A DNA stretch of 64,000 nucleotides from a virus: positions 8,265 to 72,264 of the IMG/VR virus record IMGVR_UViG_3300044648_000206, one strand, 5' to 3'. Shown here in pieces: positions 17,268 to 27,297 of this stretch. A program made the translations under genes and the position numbers. The notes under the pieces were generated by a model. That model was given only the letters and a program-made list of their open reading frames with translations. It was not told the origin of the DNA and did not search any database. Numbering within the stretch: position 1 is the first letter of the stretch; each line of letters begins with the position of its first letter.

Positions 17268-18701
17268 ATGAAGCTGGAGTTCGTCGAACGACGAGCCGAG
17301 TACAGCGTCTACCGGGACCGGCGCGGGAAGCTGGTCTACCTCAAGGACGCCCCCGAGCTCAACGTCACCAACCCGCCGCTCTACCAGATCGAGACGCGCA
17401 CCCTGTTCCCGCCGCGCAGCAGCGACAACTCGAACCTCTACAACCACTGGATCAAGGCCCAGCGCAAGGGCATGACCCGCAAGACGTGGGTCGCGTTCCT
17501 GCAGGCGGTGCTCACCGACCCGGAGCCGGCCGAGGGGCTCACCTGGTGCAACCGCTGCGACGTCCCCACCGCGGAGGCGCTCGGCTCCAGGAGGTACGGC
17601 AGGGAGGACAGCGAGGTGGCCTGCGCCTCCTGCGCGACCTTCCTGCGGGAGTGCGACATGTGCCACACCCGCGTGGCGAATCGCGAGACGATCGGAAACC
17701 AGCGGGTCTGCCTCGAGTGCCGGAACGAGAACTTTCGGGCCTGCCGAGCCTGCGGTATCTACATCTCGAACGACGAGTACGAGCTTCACCACAAGCACGG
17801 GGTGGGTTGTTGCGAGTCCCCTGCCCTGGACTTCCAACTCCGGTGGCTCGACAACCCTCCGCTGGTGAGCGACACCAAGACGGTGATCACCATGGGTGCC
17901 GGCCAGGTCGACCCGGCCGGCTACGACCGGCTCGAGGCGTGGCTGAACCAGAACGGCTTCTTCCACGAGTCGGCGGTGCTTCGCAGGATCGAACCGACCT
18001 GGCAGAAGAAGGAGGGCAACTTCCCCAAGCGGCTGAGCAAGGAGGTCTGGAAGACCTACGGCCGCAAGGTGCCCGAGCCGGCGATGGCCATGATCGGCAC
18101 CATCGGTGCCGAGCACTCGGCCAAGCACGCCGAGCTGACGGTGATGGTCAGCCGGCGGCTCAACGAGTCGGCGTCCTTCTGGTACCACGAGGGCTCCTGC
18201 TGGTGGAGCAGCGCCTACGCCAGCCGCTGCGCGCTCAAGACCAACGGCGGGTTCGGGATCGTGACCTACTCGAGCCCGCGGCACTCCAAGCCCAACGGCC
18301 GGTGCTGGGTGCTGCCGGTGAAGAGGGGTGAGCGCGGCTACCTCAAGCCGACCTTCGACACCATGGACCCGGACGGCTTCATCGTGTTCAACGGCTACGG
18401 CGCGCTGGTGGACTACTCCGGCGCCCGGGTCATGGCGGCGTTGGCTGGGATGAGCTACACCAAGATCCAGTTCGCGCCGAAGAACCCGCTCTACGTCAAC
18501 TCCGGCGGCTACCTGGTCGGCAGTGAGGAGTTCGTCTCCCAGTTCACGGACGGGGTGGTCTACATGCACACCATGGAGGCGCACGCCAAGCTGTTCGAGC
18601 AGGAGCAGAAGGAGGCCGAGCAGGTGGCCCTCGGCGAGGAGCTCCCCAAGCTCCCTGCGAAGAAGCGTGCGGTCAAGAGGCAGTTCGATGTCGTCGCCTG
18701 A
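17268..18701 (+). CDS. multi-Zn-finger protein with SCWW...GRCW C-terminal domain
   Basis: Five CxxC pairs followed by a globular domain; GGAGG RBS. Confidence 0.7.
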   Translation: MKLEFVERRAEYSVYRDRRGKLVYLKDAPELNVTNPPLYQIETRTLFPPRSSDNSNLYNHWIKAQRKGMTRKTWVAFLQAVLTDPEPAEGLTWCNRCDVPTAEALGSRRYGREDSEVACASCATFLRECDMCHTRVANRETIGNQRVCLECRNENFRACRACGIYISNDEYELHHKHGVGCCESPALDFQLRWLDNPPLVSDTKTVITMGAGQVDPAGYDRLEAWLNQNGFFHESAVLRRIEPTWQKKEGNFPKRLSKEVWKTYGRKVPEPAMAMIGTIGAEHSAKHAELTVMVSRRLNESASFWYHEGSCWWSSAYASRCALKTNGGFGIVTYSSPRHSKPNGRCWVLPVKRGERGYLKPTFDTMDPDGFIVFNGYGALVDYSGARVMAALAGMSYTKIQFAPKNPLYVNSGGYLVGSEEFVSQFTDGVVYMHTMEAHAKLFEQEQKEAEQVALGEELPKLPAKKRAVKRQFDVVA

Positions 18702-19914
18702 GGTGCGAGAAGAGGTCCGGGAGCCGGAGACCATCCGGGGCCGGATCATGGCGGCCTTCGACCGCGACGAGCTGAGCCGGATCTGCACGCTGCCGGAACG
18801 GCGGTTCGCCAAGGCTTACGGGCTGCGGCGGTACAAGGTCGAGCAGCCCCAGCCGTACCGGTCGGGGACCGGGGTGCTGGTCGCCCCTGCCGCGCCCCCG
18901 TCGTACCGGTACACCTGCCCGGACGACTTCTTCGCCTACCGGGACAACGGGTCGAACATCCTGGCGGTGGCCCACCTGGACACCGTCGTGATGCCGATCG
19001 ACCGGATGTGCGACTTCGCCGAGACCGCCGATGGCACGGTGGTGCACTCTGGTGCCCTGGACGACAGGCTCGGCGCTTACGTGATCCTCGACATGCTCCC
19101 GAAGCTGGGGATCAACGTGGACGTGCTGCTCACCACCGGTGAGGAGTCCGGCAAGTCCACGGCCAAGTTCTTCCAGCCGCCCAAGGGGAAGGACTACCAC
19201 TGGATGATCGAGTTCGACCGCGGTGGCACTGACGTCGTGATGTACCAGTACGACTCCAGGGACATGGATGAGATCGTCCGCTACTCGGGTGCCAAGACCG
19301 GCAACGGCGCGTTCTCGGACATCTGCTACCTCGAGCATCTGCTGATCAAGGGCTTCAACTGGGGCGTCGGGTACCAGGACTACCACGGGGTGCGCGGCTA
19401 CGCCTACCTCGAGGACCTGTTCCAGATGCTCACCTACTTCGTGCGGTTCCACGACATGTGGGCCGACACGAAGCTCGACCACGACCCCAAGGACAAGAAG
19501 TCCGGTCGGGGCTGGTGGCGTGGTGGCGGCGGTGGTCACCACCACGGTAGGCATGACCACAGGAGAGGAGGACCTGGAGGGCTCTGGGGCGCCCAGAGCG
19601 GCAGTGGGGGTTGGTGGGACGACCCGCCACCCACGGTCAAGGACAAGAAGGACAAGGACGACGGAGAGGACAAGAAGCGAATGAGCAGTGCTGCAAGCGT
19701 GCTCGACGACATCGAAGGGCCGGGGCCGATGGTCTTGGCCGGAGACACCCAGGGCGAGATCGAGGTGATCTCGCTGGACGAGGTCCTGGAGGCGGTGGGC
19801 AGCGACGGGCTGGACAAGCTCGTCGACGACCCGCGCCTGGCGGGCTCGCCGAAGTGGGGCGACAGCCTCGCGACGTCGGACCCGACCGACCCTGAGTTTG
19901 TGAGCCCGGCATGA
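18688..19914 (+). CDS. M28/M20-like zinc exopeptidase with low-complexity tail
   Basis: AHLDTV, ALDDRLG, TGEESG, EFDRGG, FSDI, GVGY.DYH metal-ligand pattern. Confidence 0.8.
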   Translation: MSSPEVREEVREPETIRGRIMAAFDRDELSRICTLPERRFAKAYGLRRYKVEQPQPYRSGTGVLVAPAAPPSYRYTCPDDFFAYRDNGSNILAVAHLDTVVMPIDRMCDFAETADGTVVHSGALDDRLGAYVILDMLPKLGINVDVLLTTGEESGKSTAKFFQPPKGKDYHWMIEFDRGGTDVVMYQYDSRDMDEIVRYSGAKTGNGAFSDICYLEHLLIKGFNWGVGYQDYHGVRGYAYLEDLFQMLTYFVRFHDMWADTKLDHDPKDKKSGRGWWRGGGGGHHHGRHDHRRGGPGGLWGAQSGSGGWWDDPPPTVKDKKDKDDGEDKKRMSSAASVLDDIEGPGPMVLAGDTQGEIEVISLDEVLEAVGSDGLDKLVDDPRLAGSPKWGDSLATSDPTDPEFVSPA

Positions 19915-20669
19915 GTGCCCCGGGGACGAAGCTGACGTTCGACGTCAGCGGGACGCTGCGCGGCGACGGCCGGGTCACCATCGGCTGCCAGCCGTTCACC
20001 ATGGCCGAGCTGACCAACTCGGCCGAGGAGGTGACGGCGGCCCGCAACACGGTCACCGTCCGGCGTGCCGTGGGCACCGTGGGCGAGGGCGACAGGGTCT
20101 CGTTCGCCGGGACCGGCGGCCGGACCTTCGCGGAGCGACAGGTCCGTGGGGTCGCCCGCAACCTGCAGGTCGAGGAGCCCCAGGCGGCTCGGATCGCGGC
20201 CACCTCGGTCGACGACCCGGCCCCTGGCAGCGTCCTGCAGGCCACGAAGGGCAACAAGCGCCACCTGTTCGTTCTCGTCGAGGAGGACGGCGAGCTGGTG
20301 GCCTACCGGAACCGCCGGAACCCGGACTACATCGAGGAGTGGCAGGACAAGTACTCCTCGGAGAAGGGCTGGGTCTGGTCGGTGCTCGGCAGCGAGTCGG
20401 CCGAGGCGGGTGCCCAGGCGGTCAACGCCCAGGCGAACCCCAACCCGGCCACCCTGCGCTGGCAGGAGGGTGACCAGGTCGAGTGGATCGACGGCCGGGT
20501 CCCGAGCACCGGTCCGCGGACTCGGGACTCCCAGGGCCGGTGGTGGCGGCAGAACGGCCACCGCCGCACGGCCGGTCGGCGCTGGAACTGGACCGACGAC
20601 CGCTACGACCGCATGATCGCGGCGGGCAAGGTCCGCATCATCACGAAGGGCGGTGTGCACTTCACCTGA
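19911..20669 (+). CDS. hypothetical protein
   Basis: ATGA overlap; last gene of the plus arm. Confidence 0.65.
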   Translation: MSAPGTKLTFDVSGTLRGDGRVTIGCQPFTMAELTNSAEEVTAARNTVTVRRAVGTVGEGDRVSFAGTGGRTFAERQVRGVARNLQVEEPQAARIAATSVDDPAPGSVLQATKGNKRHLFVLVEEDGELVAYRNRRNPDYIEEWQDKYSSEKGWVWSVLGSESAEAGAQAVNAQANPNPATLRWQEGDQVEWIDGRVPSTGPRTRDSQGRWWRQNGHRRTAGRRWNWTDDRYDRMIAAGKVRIITKGGVHFT

Positions 20670-20672
20670 GCC

Positions 20673-20826
20673 CCGGTCAGGGCACGGAACCCTCCCCCAG
20701 GGGTCCTGGCCGGCGTCCGTAGGCGGGCATGGTGTCGGAGGAGATCTCCGAACGGGTCCGTTCGCCAGAAGCCCTGTGAAACACCCGCCTGCGGGCACTA
20801 CCCTTGAGTACGTCCTTCCAGAGGAC
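20673..20826 (+). ncRNA. candidate structured RNA
   Basis: Bulged hairpin plus a multibranch fold closed by GTCCGTAGGCGG/CCGCCTGCGGGC; no ORF. Confidence 0.35.
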
Positions 20827-20827
20827 A

Positions 20828-20865
20828 GAGGCCCCGGTCCCCTTCGGGGGGCCGGGGCTTCTTCA
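20828..20865. terminator. terminator between the convergent arms
   Basis: GAGGCCCCGGTCCC-CTTCGG-GGGCCGGGGCTTC then TTC. Confidence 0.8.
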
Positions 20866-20874
20866 TGCCCAGAT

Positions 20875-23800
20875 TCAGCTTCCGGTGCCCCGACCCCGGG
20901 TCAGCTTGCGGAACCGGGCCTCCTCGTTCATCTTCTTGGTGAAGGCCTGCGGGTCGTCGGCCACCACGTGCAGGTTGCCGATCGAGAACTGGGTCCGAGC
21001 GTCGACGTGCATCCCGCCGGCACCCCCGCCGTTGCGCACGGTGGACGGGATGGTCCGCATGTTGGCCACCGCGTTGCGGGTGACCTGCTCGAGCAGGCCG
21101 GACATGAAGGCCACGCCCCGGCTGTTGAGCGGGATGATGGCCTCGGGGCCCTCCTCGGCCACCAGACCCAGGCGTGGGGTCACCGCGATGCCGCCCAGGG
21201 CGTTGCGCTTGACCCGACCCTCCGTGGCCCGCGCGGACGGCGGGCTGTAGGTGCCCACGTTCGGGTCGGTGGAGCTGTAGAGGTCCTTGAACAGCTCGGG
21301 GAACTTGGACTTGAGCTTCTCCAGCTCGCTGACGACCTTGTCGCCCATCTTGCCCAGGTTGGCCGTGATCAGGTCGCTGGCCGCCACCAGGACGTCGGCG
21401 AACTCTCCGCTGACCTCCTCGCTCATGCGGACCAGGTCCTCCTTGGCCCGGCGGGTCTGCTTCTCGTAGGCCTCGGCCTGGCGAGCCAGCACGCGCTCGT
21501 GCGCCGAGACCGCCCGCTTCGTCATGATCTCGTAGTTCTCGGCCATGTCGGCCAGGGTGCGGGCGTTGGCCTCCCGAGCCCGCTGCTGGGCGCGCTCGAA
21601 GTCCTCTGAGGCCCGCTCCATGCCCCGGCGGTAGTCCGCCATCATCCGGCGGTAGTCCCGGCTCAGGTCGGACTGGGTGAGGTCCTCGGTGACCTCCTGG
21701 CGCCGGGCAGCCCGCTTGTTGAGCTTGTTGACCAGGTTCGGGTTCGCCTTGGCGTCCTCGGCGATCCGAGCGGCCTGCTGGGCGTTGGCCGGGTCGGCCA
21801 GCTTGAGCATGTCGATGGTCTTCTGGCTCAGCCCGAGACCCTCGAGCTTGCGCAGGTTCTCCACCTGGTCGTCGATCATCCGGTTCTGGTTCTTCATGTT
21901 CTCGATGACCGAGGCGGCGCTCATGGTGAACTCGCTGCGCCGGCGCGCGAACGGGTCCGCGATCGAGGAGGCGGTGTCCTCAGCCTGCCGCTTGAGCGAC
22001 CGGTTGAAGTCCTCCTGGTTGCGGGCCATCGAGAGGTTGAAGTCCGCGGTCTGCTGCGACATCGAGATGTTGAAGTCGCGCTGGCTGCGGGCCCGGGACC
22101 GGTAGTAGTCGTCCTCGCTGTGCTCCATCGAGCGCCAGAAGTCCTGGTTGGCGTACTCGATCGAGAGCCGCATGTCCTCGTCGGACCGGCGCATCTGCAC
22201 GGCGAAGTTCTTCTGCGCCTGCACGATCTGGACCATGTAGTCGTAGTAGGACTTCTTCTGGCCCTCGAGCTCCTGGCGGGCCGCGTTGAGCCGCTCCTGG
22301 TGGTCGGGCGCGTCGGCGCTCTCGGCCGACACCGACCGGAAGTTGGCCACCGAGGAGTCCAGCCGGCCGACCCGGCCCTGGTAGCCCATGGCCGCCTGGC
22401 GCTGCTGAGCGTTGAGCTGCTGGGCGGACTGGGCCAGCTGGTACAGCGGGTCGCTGGTGTCCTTGATCGTCGCCTTGAGCTTCTGCAGCTCGGCGTCGGT
22501 GGCCGCGAACGTGTCGCCCATGGTCTTGGACTTGACGCTGGCCTCGCTGAGCTCCGAGAGCCCGGTGGGCGGGCCCTGGACAGCGGTCTTGCCGGTCTCC
22601 TTGGCCTTGTCCAGCAGGGTGAGGATGCCCTGGTACTGCTTGTTGACGTCGCCCGGGTTCTTGATGGCCTCCTGCACCGTGGGGTTGAGCAGCCCGACTC
22701 GGCCGATCGCGCCCTGGGACATCAGGCCGGACCGGTAGGCCGAGGGGTCGGTGTTGCGCAGCTGCAGCAGCTCAGGTGTGCTGGCGCCGCCGAAGTCGAC
22801 GCCCTCCTTGCGCAGCTCCTTGACGGCCTTGGCGACCTTCTTGTTGTCGTTCTTGGCCAGGAACTCGTTGAAGAAGTAGTCCGCGACCTCGGACTCGGTC
22901 ATGCCCTTGGTCTTGTTGGCGAAGCTGGCCGACTGGAAGCCAGTCTTCTCACCGTCGAGGAAGGACTTCTCGAAGCCCTGCACCGTCTGGTAGGCGGTGC
23001 GGCCGCCGCGGGTCTTCGGGCCCAGCGGCGAGGACTCCACGTCGAGGTTCTTACCCAGGGCCTTGCCCACCAGCTCGCGGGTCTCGTTGACCTGCAGCTG
23101 GGTGGCGTACTTGTCGTTGTACTGCTTGGCGTTCGCGCCGTACTGGCCCTCGAGCGCGCCGTAGACCGCCTCCAGCATCTTGGCCGCAGTCGGGTTCGAG
23201 GCCCCGAAGAAGCCCTTGATGCCCTGGCCCTGCTCGGAGTCGATGTCCTTGACCAGCGCCCCGTAGTTGACACCCTTCTCGGCGTCCAGGCGCTTGAAGT
23301 AGGTGTCGGTGGCGTCCTGGGCCTTGCCCCGGCCCTGAGCCTGGGTGATGTCGGCCTGCACCAGCTGCATCTGGCGGGGGTCCTCCATCCCCATCAGCTG
23401 CATCAGGGCGGCGCGCGACCCAGTGGTCTTGAGGTTCTCGAAGATGTCGTTGGTGAGCTTGCGCTCAGGCATCCGGGCCAGCGACGCGACGTCGTCCGAG
23501 ACCTCCCGGGTGGCGTCCATGCTCTTGGGCACCGGAAGCGCCTTGGTGGCGCTGATCACCGCGTCGGTGAACCGGCCAAGCTCGGAGGTGGACAGCCCCA
23601 GGGCGGCGTTGTAGGCGTCGATCGGCGAGGACTCCGGTGCCTCGACCTGGCCCTGCTTCTGGATGTCCCGGACAGCGAACGCACCGGCAGCGGCCAGACC
23701 CACGCCCGCCACCCACGGGTTGGCGCCCATGAGGCCGTACAGCGCGCCTCCAGCGCCCTTGGCCACCCCGCCGGCGGCCTGCATGGTCAGCGAGGCAGCG

Positions 23801-25686
23801 GCCCGCACACCGGCCGCCTGGAGCTTCATGAAGGTGACGGCGGTGGCACCGGCCTGGGTGGCCAGCACCCGGCCCGCGCTGGCGTTGGCCAGCTGCGCCG
23901 TGGTGGCCATCGCGGTCGCCCGGTTCATCTCCTTGACCCGACGACCGAAGTCCTCCGGGTCGCGCATCGCCCCGGCCAGGTCCTTGGTCGAGGCCGGAGC
24001 GCCGGAGCGGATGCCCTGGATGAAGGCGCCCCAGTTCTGCGGCATGGCAGCTCGAGCGATGTTGCCGACGTTGCCCATCACCGGGGCCGGTCGCGAGAAG
24101 CCGTCTGTGCGGGACTGCCGGTAGAAGTCCCGCTGCATGTTCATCACGAAGCGCGAGGCCTGGAACGGGGCTGCGATGGCGCGGTTCATCAGCCGGCCGG
24201 GCTGGTTGCCGCCCATCGCCTGGCCGAAGCCCTGAGCTGCCAGGTAGCCCGGGCGCTCCCACCAGCGCATCTCCCGGGCGGTGGAGCGAGCCAGGGCAGC
24301 CGCACCCATGGTGCCGGCGGCCGGAGTGGTGCCCATCGCCTGGGCCTGGCCGACCTGGTAACCGCCCCGGATGCCCTGCATGGTCTGGGACTTGGCCACC
24401 ATGCCGACACCGGCGATGGTCGCCTTGAGCCCACCAGCCGCCATCGCGCCACCCATGAGCAGCGCGCCGGCCGAGCCGAAGGCGCCGATGGCGGTGGCTG
24501 CCGCGCCCATGTACCCCGCGATCGGGGCCACCGACGCGGCCATGTCGTTGAAGCCCGAGGTGGCCATCGTGAGGAACTTGAGCATCGGCTGGCCGGCCTC
24601 GGTGGTCACCTCCTGCATCATGTTCTTGGTGCGCTGGAGCTCGTCGTAGAGCCCGTCCATGGCCGCCGCCGAGCCGGAGTCCAGGGCCGAGGTGGTGCTG
24701 TAGGCGCCGGTCGCCTCGGCGATGGCCTTGCGCAGACCGCCGGACTGGGAGACGGCCTGGATCGAGCGCAGCGCCCGGACGCCGTCGTAGCCCAGTCGGT
24801 CGAGGGTCTTGATCGAGTTCGGACCCTCCTTGTTGATCTGCTCGAAGACGGCGGCCAGGGCCTCGCCCTTGTCCATCCGCTTGAACTGCTCGGAGGTGAC
24901 CCCGATGAGGTTCGCGTACTTGGCGATCTCCGGGGAGCCGGTGGCGATCTGACGGGTGATGTCCGTCAGCATCGTGTTGAAGGTGTTGGCCGCGGCGAAG
25001 CCGTCAGCCCCGGCCTTGGTGAACGCGGTGGAGACGCCCAGCACGGACGCCTGGCTCATCTCGGCGGTGCGCGCGGCCGGTGCGATGGCCGCAGCGAAGG
25101 AGAGCACCCCGGAGGCGCTGACGCCGGCGTTCTTGGAGACCTGCAGCAGGCTGTTGGCGAAGACGTCCATCGTCCCCGCGTTGATGGTGCCCATCTGCTT
25201 CTGCAGCTCGACCATCTGCTGGGTAAGGCCGGGCAGGCTCTCTCCGGTGGCCGCACTGAGCTTGACCATCGACTCGGAGACCAGGCGCAGGTTCTTGCCG
25301 CCGGTCTGGCCGAGCTTGTCCATGACGTTGACCAGCTGGACGGCCTCGTCGCGGGCGATCGGGAAGTCACGGGTGATGGACTTCACCTGGTCGCGCATCT
25401 TGCCGAACGACTTGTCGGTGATGACCGCCGTGGCGTTGAGCGTCGACAGCTGCCGCTCGAAGCGGCCGGCCTCGACTCCGAGCGCGGTGACTCCAGCGGC
25501 GCCACCGGCGCCGAAGAGCATGAGCTTCTTACCGGCTCGCTTGCTGAGCCCGTCCAGCTTCTGCACGAGGCGGTCGACGGAGGCCGCCAGCTTGTCCGTC
25601 TCCTGGACCGCTGCGCCCATCTCCCGCTTGTACGGGTCGACTTCCGCGCCGAGCCGCACTGTCGCGTCGCGCGTTGCGTCGCTCAC
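20875..25686 (-). CDS. tape measure protein
   Basis: 1603 aa, Ala/Gly-rich helical, TP901-like N-terminal core, C-terminal ALGGI..P.LGLVAEEGPEAIIPL motif; follows the tail chaperone. Confidence 0.92.
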   Translation of the reverse strand: MSDATRDATVRLGAEVDPYKREMGAAVQETDKLAASVDRLVQKLDGLSKRAGKKLMLFGAGGAAGVTALGVEAGRFERQLSTLNATAVITDKSFGKMRDQVKSITRDFPIARDEAVQLVNVMDKLGQTGGKNLRLVSESMVKLSAATGESLPGLTQQMVELQKQMGTINAGTMDVFANSLLQVSKNAGVSASGVLSFAAAIAPAARTAEMSQASVLGVSTAFTKAGADGFAAANTFNTMLTDITRQIATGSPEIAKYANLIGVTSEQFKRMDKGEALAAVFEQINKEGPNSIKTLDRLGYDGVRALRSIQAVSQSGGLRKAIAEATGAYSTTSALDSGSAAAMDGLYDELQRTKNMMQEVTTEAGQPMLKFLTMATSGFNDMAASVAPIAGYMGAAATAIGAFGSAGALLMGGAMAAGGLKATIAGVGMVAKSQTMQGIRGGYQVGQAQAMGTTPAAGTMGAAALARSTAREMRWWERPGYLAAQGFGQAMGGNQPGRLMNRAIAAPFQASRFVMNMQRDFYRQSRTDGFSRPAPVMGNVGNIARAAMPQNWGAFIQGIRSGAPASTKDLAGAMRDPEDFGRRVKEMNRATAMATTAQLANASAGRVLATQAGATAVTFMKLQAAGVRAAASLTMQAAGGVAKGAGGALYGLMGANPWVAGVGLAAAGAFAVRDIQKQGQVEAPESSPIDAYNAALGLSTSELGRFTDAVISATKALPVPKSMDATREVSDDVASLARMPERKLTNDIFENLKTTGSRAALMQLMGMEDPRQMQLVQADITQAQGRGKAQDATDTYFKRLDAEKGVNYGALVKDIDSEQGQGIKGFFGASNPTAAKMLEAVYGALEGQYGANAKQYNDKYATQLQVNETRELVGKALGKNLDVESSPLGPKTRGGRTAYQTVQGFEKSFLDGEKTGFQSASFANKTKGMTESEVADYFFNEFLAKNDNKKVAKAVKELRKEGVDFGGASTPELLQLRNTDPSAYRSGLMSQGAIGRVGLLNPTVQEAIKNPGDVNKQYQGILTLLDKAKETGKTAVQGPPTGLSELSEASVKSKTMGDTFAATDAELQKLKATIKDTSDPLYQLAQSAQQLNAQQRQAAMGYQGRVGRLDSSVANFRSVSAESADAPDHQERLNAARQELEGQKKSYYDYMVQIVQAQKNFAVQMRRSDEDMRLSIEYANQDFWRSMEHSEDDYYRSRARSQRDFNISMSQQTADFNLSMARNQEDFNRSLKRQAEDTASSIADPFARRRSEFTMSAASVIENMKNQNRMIDDQVENLRKLEGLGLSQKTIDMLKLADPANAQQAARIAEDAKANPNLVNKLNKRAARRQEVTEDLTQSDLSRDYRRMMADYRRGMERASEDFERAQQRAREANARTLADMAENYEIMTKRAVSAHERVLARQAEAYEKQTRRAKEDLVRMSEEVSGEFADVLVAASDLITANLGKMGDKVVSELEKLKSKFPELFKDLYSSTDPNVGTYSPPSARATEGRVKRNALGGIAVTPRLGLVAEEGPEAIIPLNSRGVAFMSGLLEQVTRNAVANMRTIPSTVRNGGGAGGMHVDARTQFSIGNLHVVADDPQAFTKKMNEEARFRKLTRGRGTGS

Positions 25687-26044
25687 GGGCCGCCTCTCGT
25701 CGCTGTCGGACGATCCGTCGAGCGTCTTCGACGGACCCGGAGGAGATCAGGCGGACCGTGGTGCCCGGCGAGCTTCCTGCCTCCTCCTGGACGGCTTCCT
25801 TGAGGTAGCAGCCCATGCAGAAGTGCTCGACCGGGGAGTAGGCACGCTTGTTCTCCTCCCACTCCCAGCCTGCGGTTCCGCACAAGCCACACCGCTCGCT
25901 CTCCTCGAGCAGCAGGGCGAGGATCTGGGCCTGGCTGTCCGCCGACCGGTCGAGGAAGTCCTCGGGGTCGATGCCCTGGTCGGCGCAGTACTTCGTCCGA
26001 AGGTAGAACGCGGAGTCGTACCTCAGACGGTCGCGGTAGGGCCC
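25529..26044 (-). CDS. tail assembly chaperone, -1 frameshift extension (gpGT-like)
   Basis: -1 frame opens across GGGCCCT at the end of the chaperone; YDSAFYLRTKYC...CGLCG...CMGC. Confidence 0.7.
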   Translation of the reverse strand, partial: GPYRDRLRYDSAFYLRTKYCADQGIDPEDFLDRSADSQAQILALLLEESERCGLCGTAGWEWEENKRAYSPVEHFCMGCYLKEAVQEEAGSSPGTTVRLISSGSVEDARRIVRQRREAARERRNARRDSAARRGSRPVQAGDGRSGPGDGQAGGLRRPPRAEAGRAQQASR

Positions 26045-26457
26045 AGGCGCAGCCCCGTGGAGCAGATCTCCATGCACTCGGCGAACAGCGACATGAGCTC
26101 ACCGCGGTTCCAGTCCGGCGAGGTCCACAGGTCGCCCCACTCCTCGGTGGACATCGCGGGCTCGACGATGACCCGGGAGAGCAGGGCCGGCGCGAAGGTG
26201 TTGATGTTGAACGTCGACCCAGCGGCCCGCTGCTCGATGTTGGGCGGGCAGTCGGTGACCAGCCGGTCGTAGTCCTTGGCCGAGATCGACCGGAAGAGGA
26301 AGCTCATCTCCTCGTCGTTGATGACGAAGGGAAGCTCGCGCTCCTGGCGCGGCTTCTTGCGGAGCTTGTCCAGCGTGGCGCGAGGCACCGGCGCCTGACG
26401 AGTCGTCTTGGGCGCCGGCGCCTCAGCGTCGGTCGTCTTCTCAGCAACAGCGGCCAT
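26023..26457 (-). CDS. tail assembly chaperone (gpG-like)
   Basis: Between tail tube and TMP; FRSIS..DY..L...PP...FNINTFAPALL. Confidence 0.8.
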   Translation of the reverse strand: MAAVAEKTTDAEAPAPKTTRQAPVPRATLDKLRKKPRQERELPFVINDEEMSFLFRSISAKDYDRLVTDCPPNIEQRAAGSTFNINTFAPALLSRVIVEPAMSTEEWGDLWTSPDWNRGELMSLFAECMEICSTGLRLGPTATV

Positions 26458-26495
26458 CGTGGTACTCCAGGGGTGTCAGGGGTGGGTAGAGCGGA

Positions 26496-26972
26496 TCAGG
26501 CGACGATCGCGGCCTCGTTCGGCTCGATGTTGATCGAGCAGGTGACCGTGAAGGTCTGGACCGTGTTGTTGGCCATGTTCGCGGCGGTACGCGACACGAC
26601 CGTGACCGGCCAGACCTCGACCGTGTCGCCGGCGATCGGCAGCTGGTCGGTGCCCGAGCCGCCGAACCGGGACACGATGAAGAAGCCCTGGGTGCCACGC
26701 TCGAGCGTCTCCCAGGCGTCGTCCGACACGTCGTCGCGGTAGAAGTCGGCCGAGAAGGTCGCCTGCGACGTGCCGACGATGCTCGTCTCGAAGAGCGAGT
26801 CGAAGGACGGCGTGGGGACCGTGTTGCCCTGGCTGGAGGCGTTGAGCCCCATCAGGAGGCCAGTCAGGTCGACCGCCGCAGCGACCTCGGCGGCGGTGGG
26901 CTCGAGGTCGGCAGCCGCAACAACAGTCGCGAAGCCGACCCAGGTCTGCTCGTTGGGGATTACGCGGCTCAT
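26496..26972 (-). CDS. major tail (tube) protein
   Basis: PTAAEV.AAVDLT...VPTPSFDSLFETSIVG...GDTVEVWPV; synteny. Confidence 0.85.
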   Translation of the reverse strand: MSRVIPNEQTWVGFATVVAAADLEPTAAEVAAAVDLTGLLMGLNASSQGNTVPTPSFDSLFETSIVGTSQATFSADFYRDDVSDDAWETLERGTQGFFIVSRFGGSGTDQLPIAGDTVEVWPVTVVSRTAANMANNTVQTFTVTCSINIEPNEAAIVA

Positions 26973-27283
26973 GCCAGCTCCTCGTCAGCGTCGGCCACGG
27001 TGGCCTCGTCTACTTCCGATGCTCCGGAGTCCGTCCACTCAGGAACCGGCACTTCTGCTGAGGCCTCACCGTCAGCCGGCACCAGCTCGCCGAAGGACAG
27101 AACGAACTGCGGCTCGGGCGGCTCCGGCTCGGCCAGGTAGGCCTCGCTGGTCTCGGCGACCGTGAGCGACTCGTCGACCGGGAGCCAGCCGAACTTCGCC
27201 CAGGCCCGCAGCGAACTGCGGTGGACCTCCGAGACGGCACCCAGCCCGGGGTGGTGGACGTGCACGAACGTGCTGCGGGACAT
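26969..27283 (-). CDS. hypothetical virion-region protein
   Basis: AAGGAG RBS; HPGLG....V..SS...W...GW motif with acidic tail. Confidence 0.65.
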   Translation of the reverse strand: MSRSTFVHVHHPGLGAVSEVHRSSLRAWAKFGWLPVDESLTVAETSEAYLAEPEPPEPQFVLSFGELVPADGEASAEVPVPEWTDSGASEVDEATVADADEELA

Positions 27284-27297
27284 GACCTCTCCTTGAG

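Noticed and set aside
20715-20796. Hammerhead ribozyme (GAAA next to stems)
   Set aside because: CUGANGA core absent.
22120-25803. Very long plus-strand ORFs opposite real genes (also 35551-37941, 38613-41105, 43487-45910, 53021-55468; and 16950-18812 on minus)
   Set aside because: Antisense shadows of high-GC3 genes; V/L/G/D/H-rich translations with no motifs.
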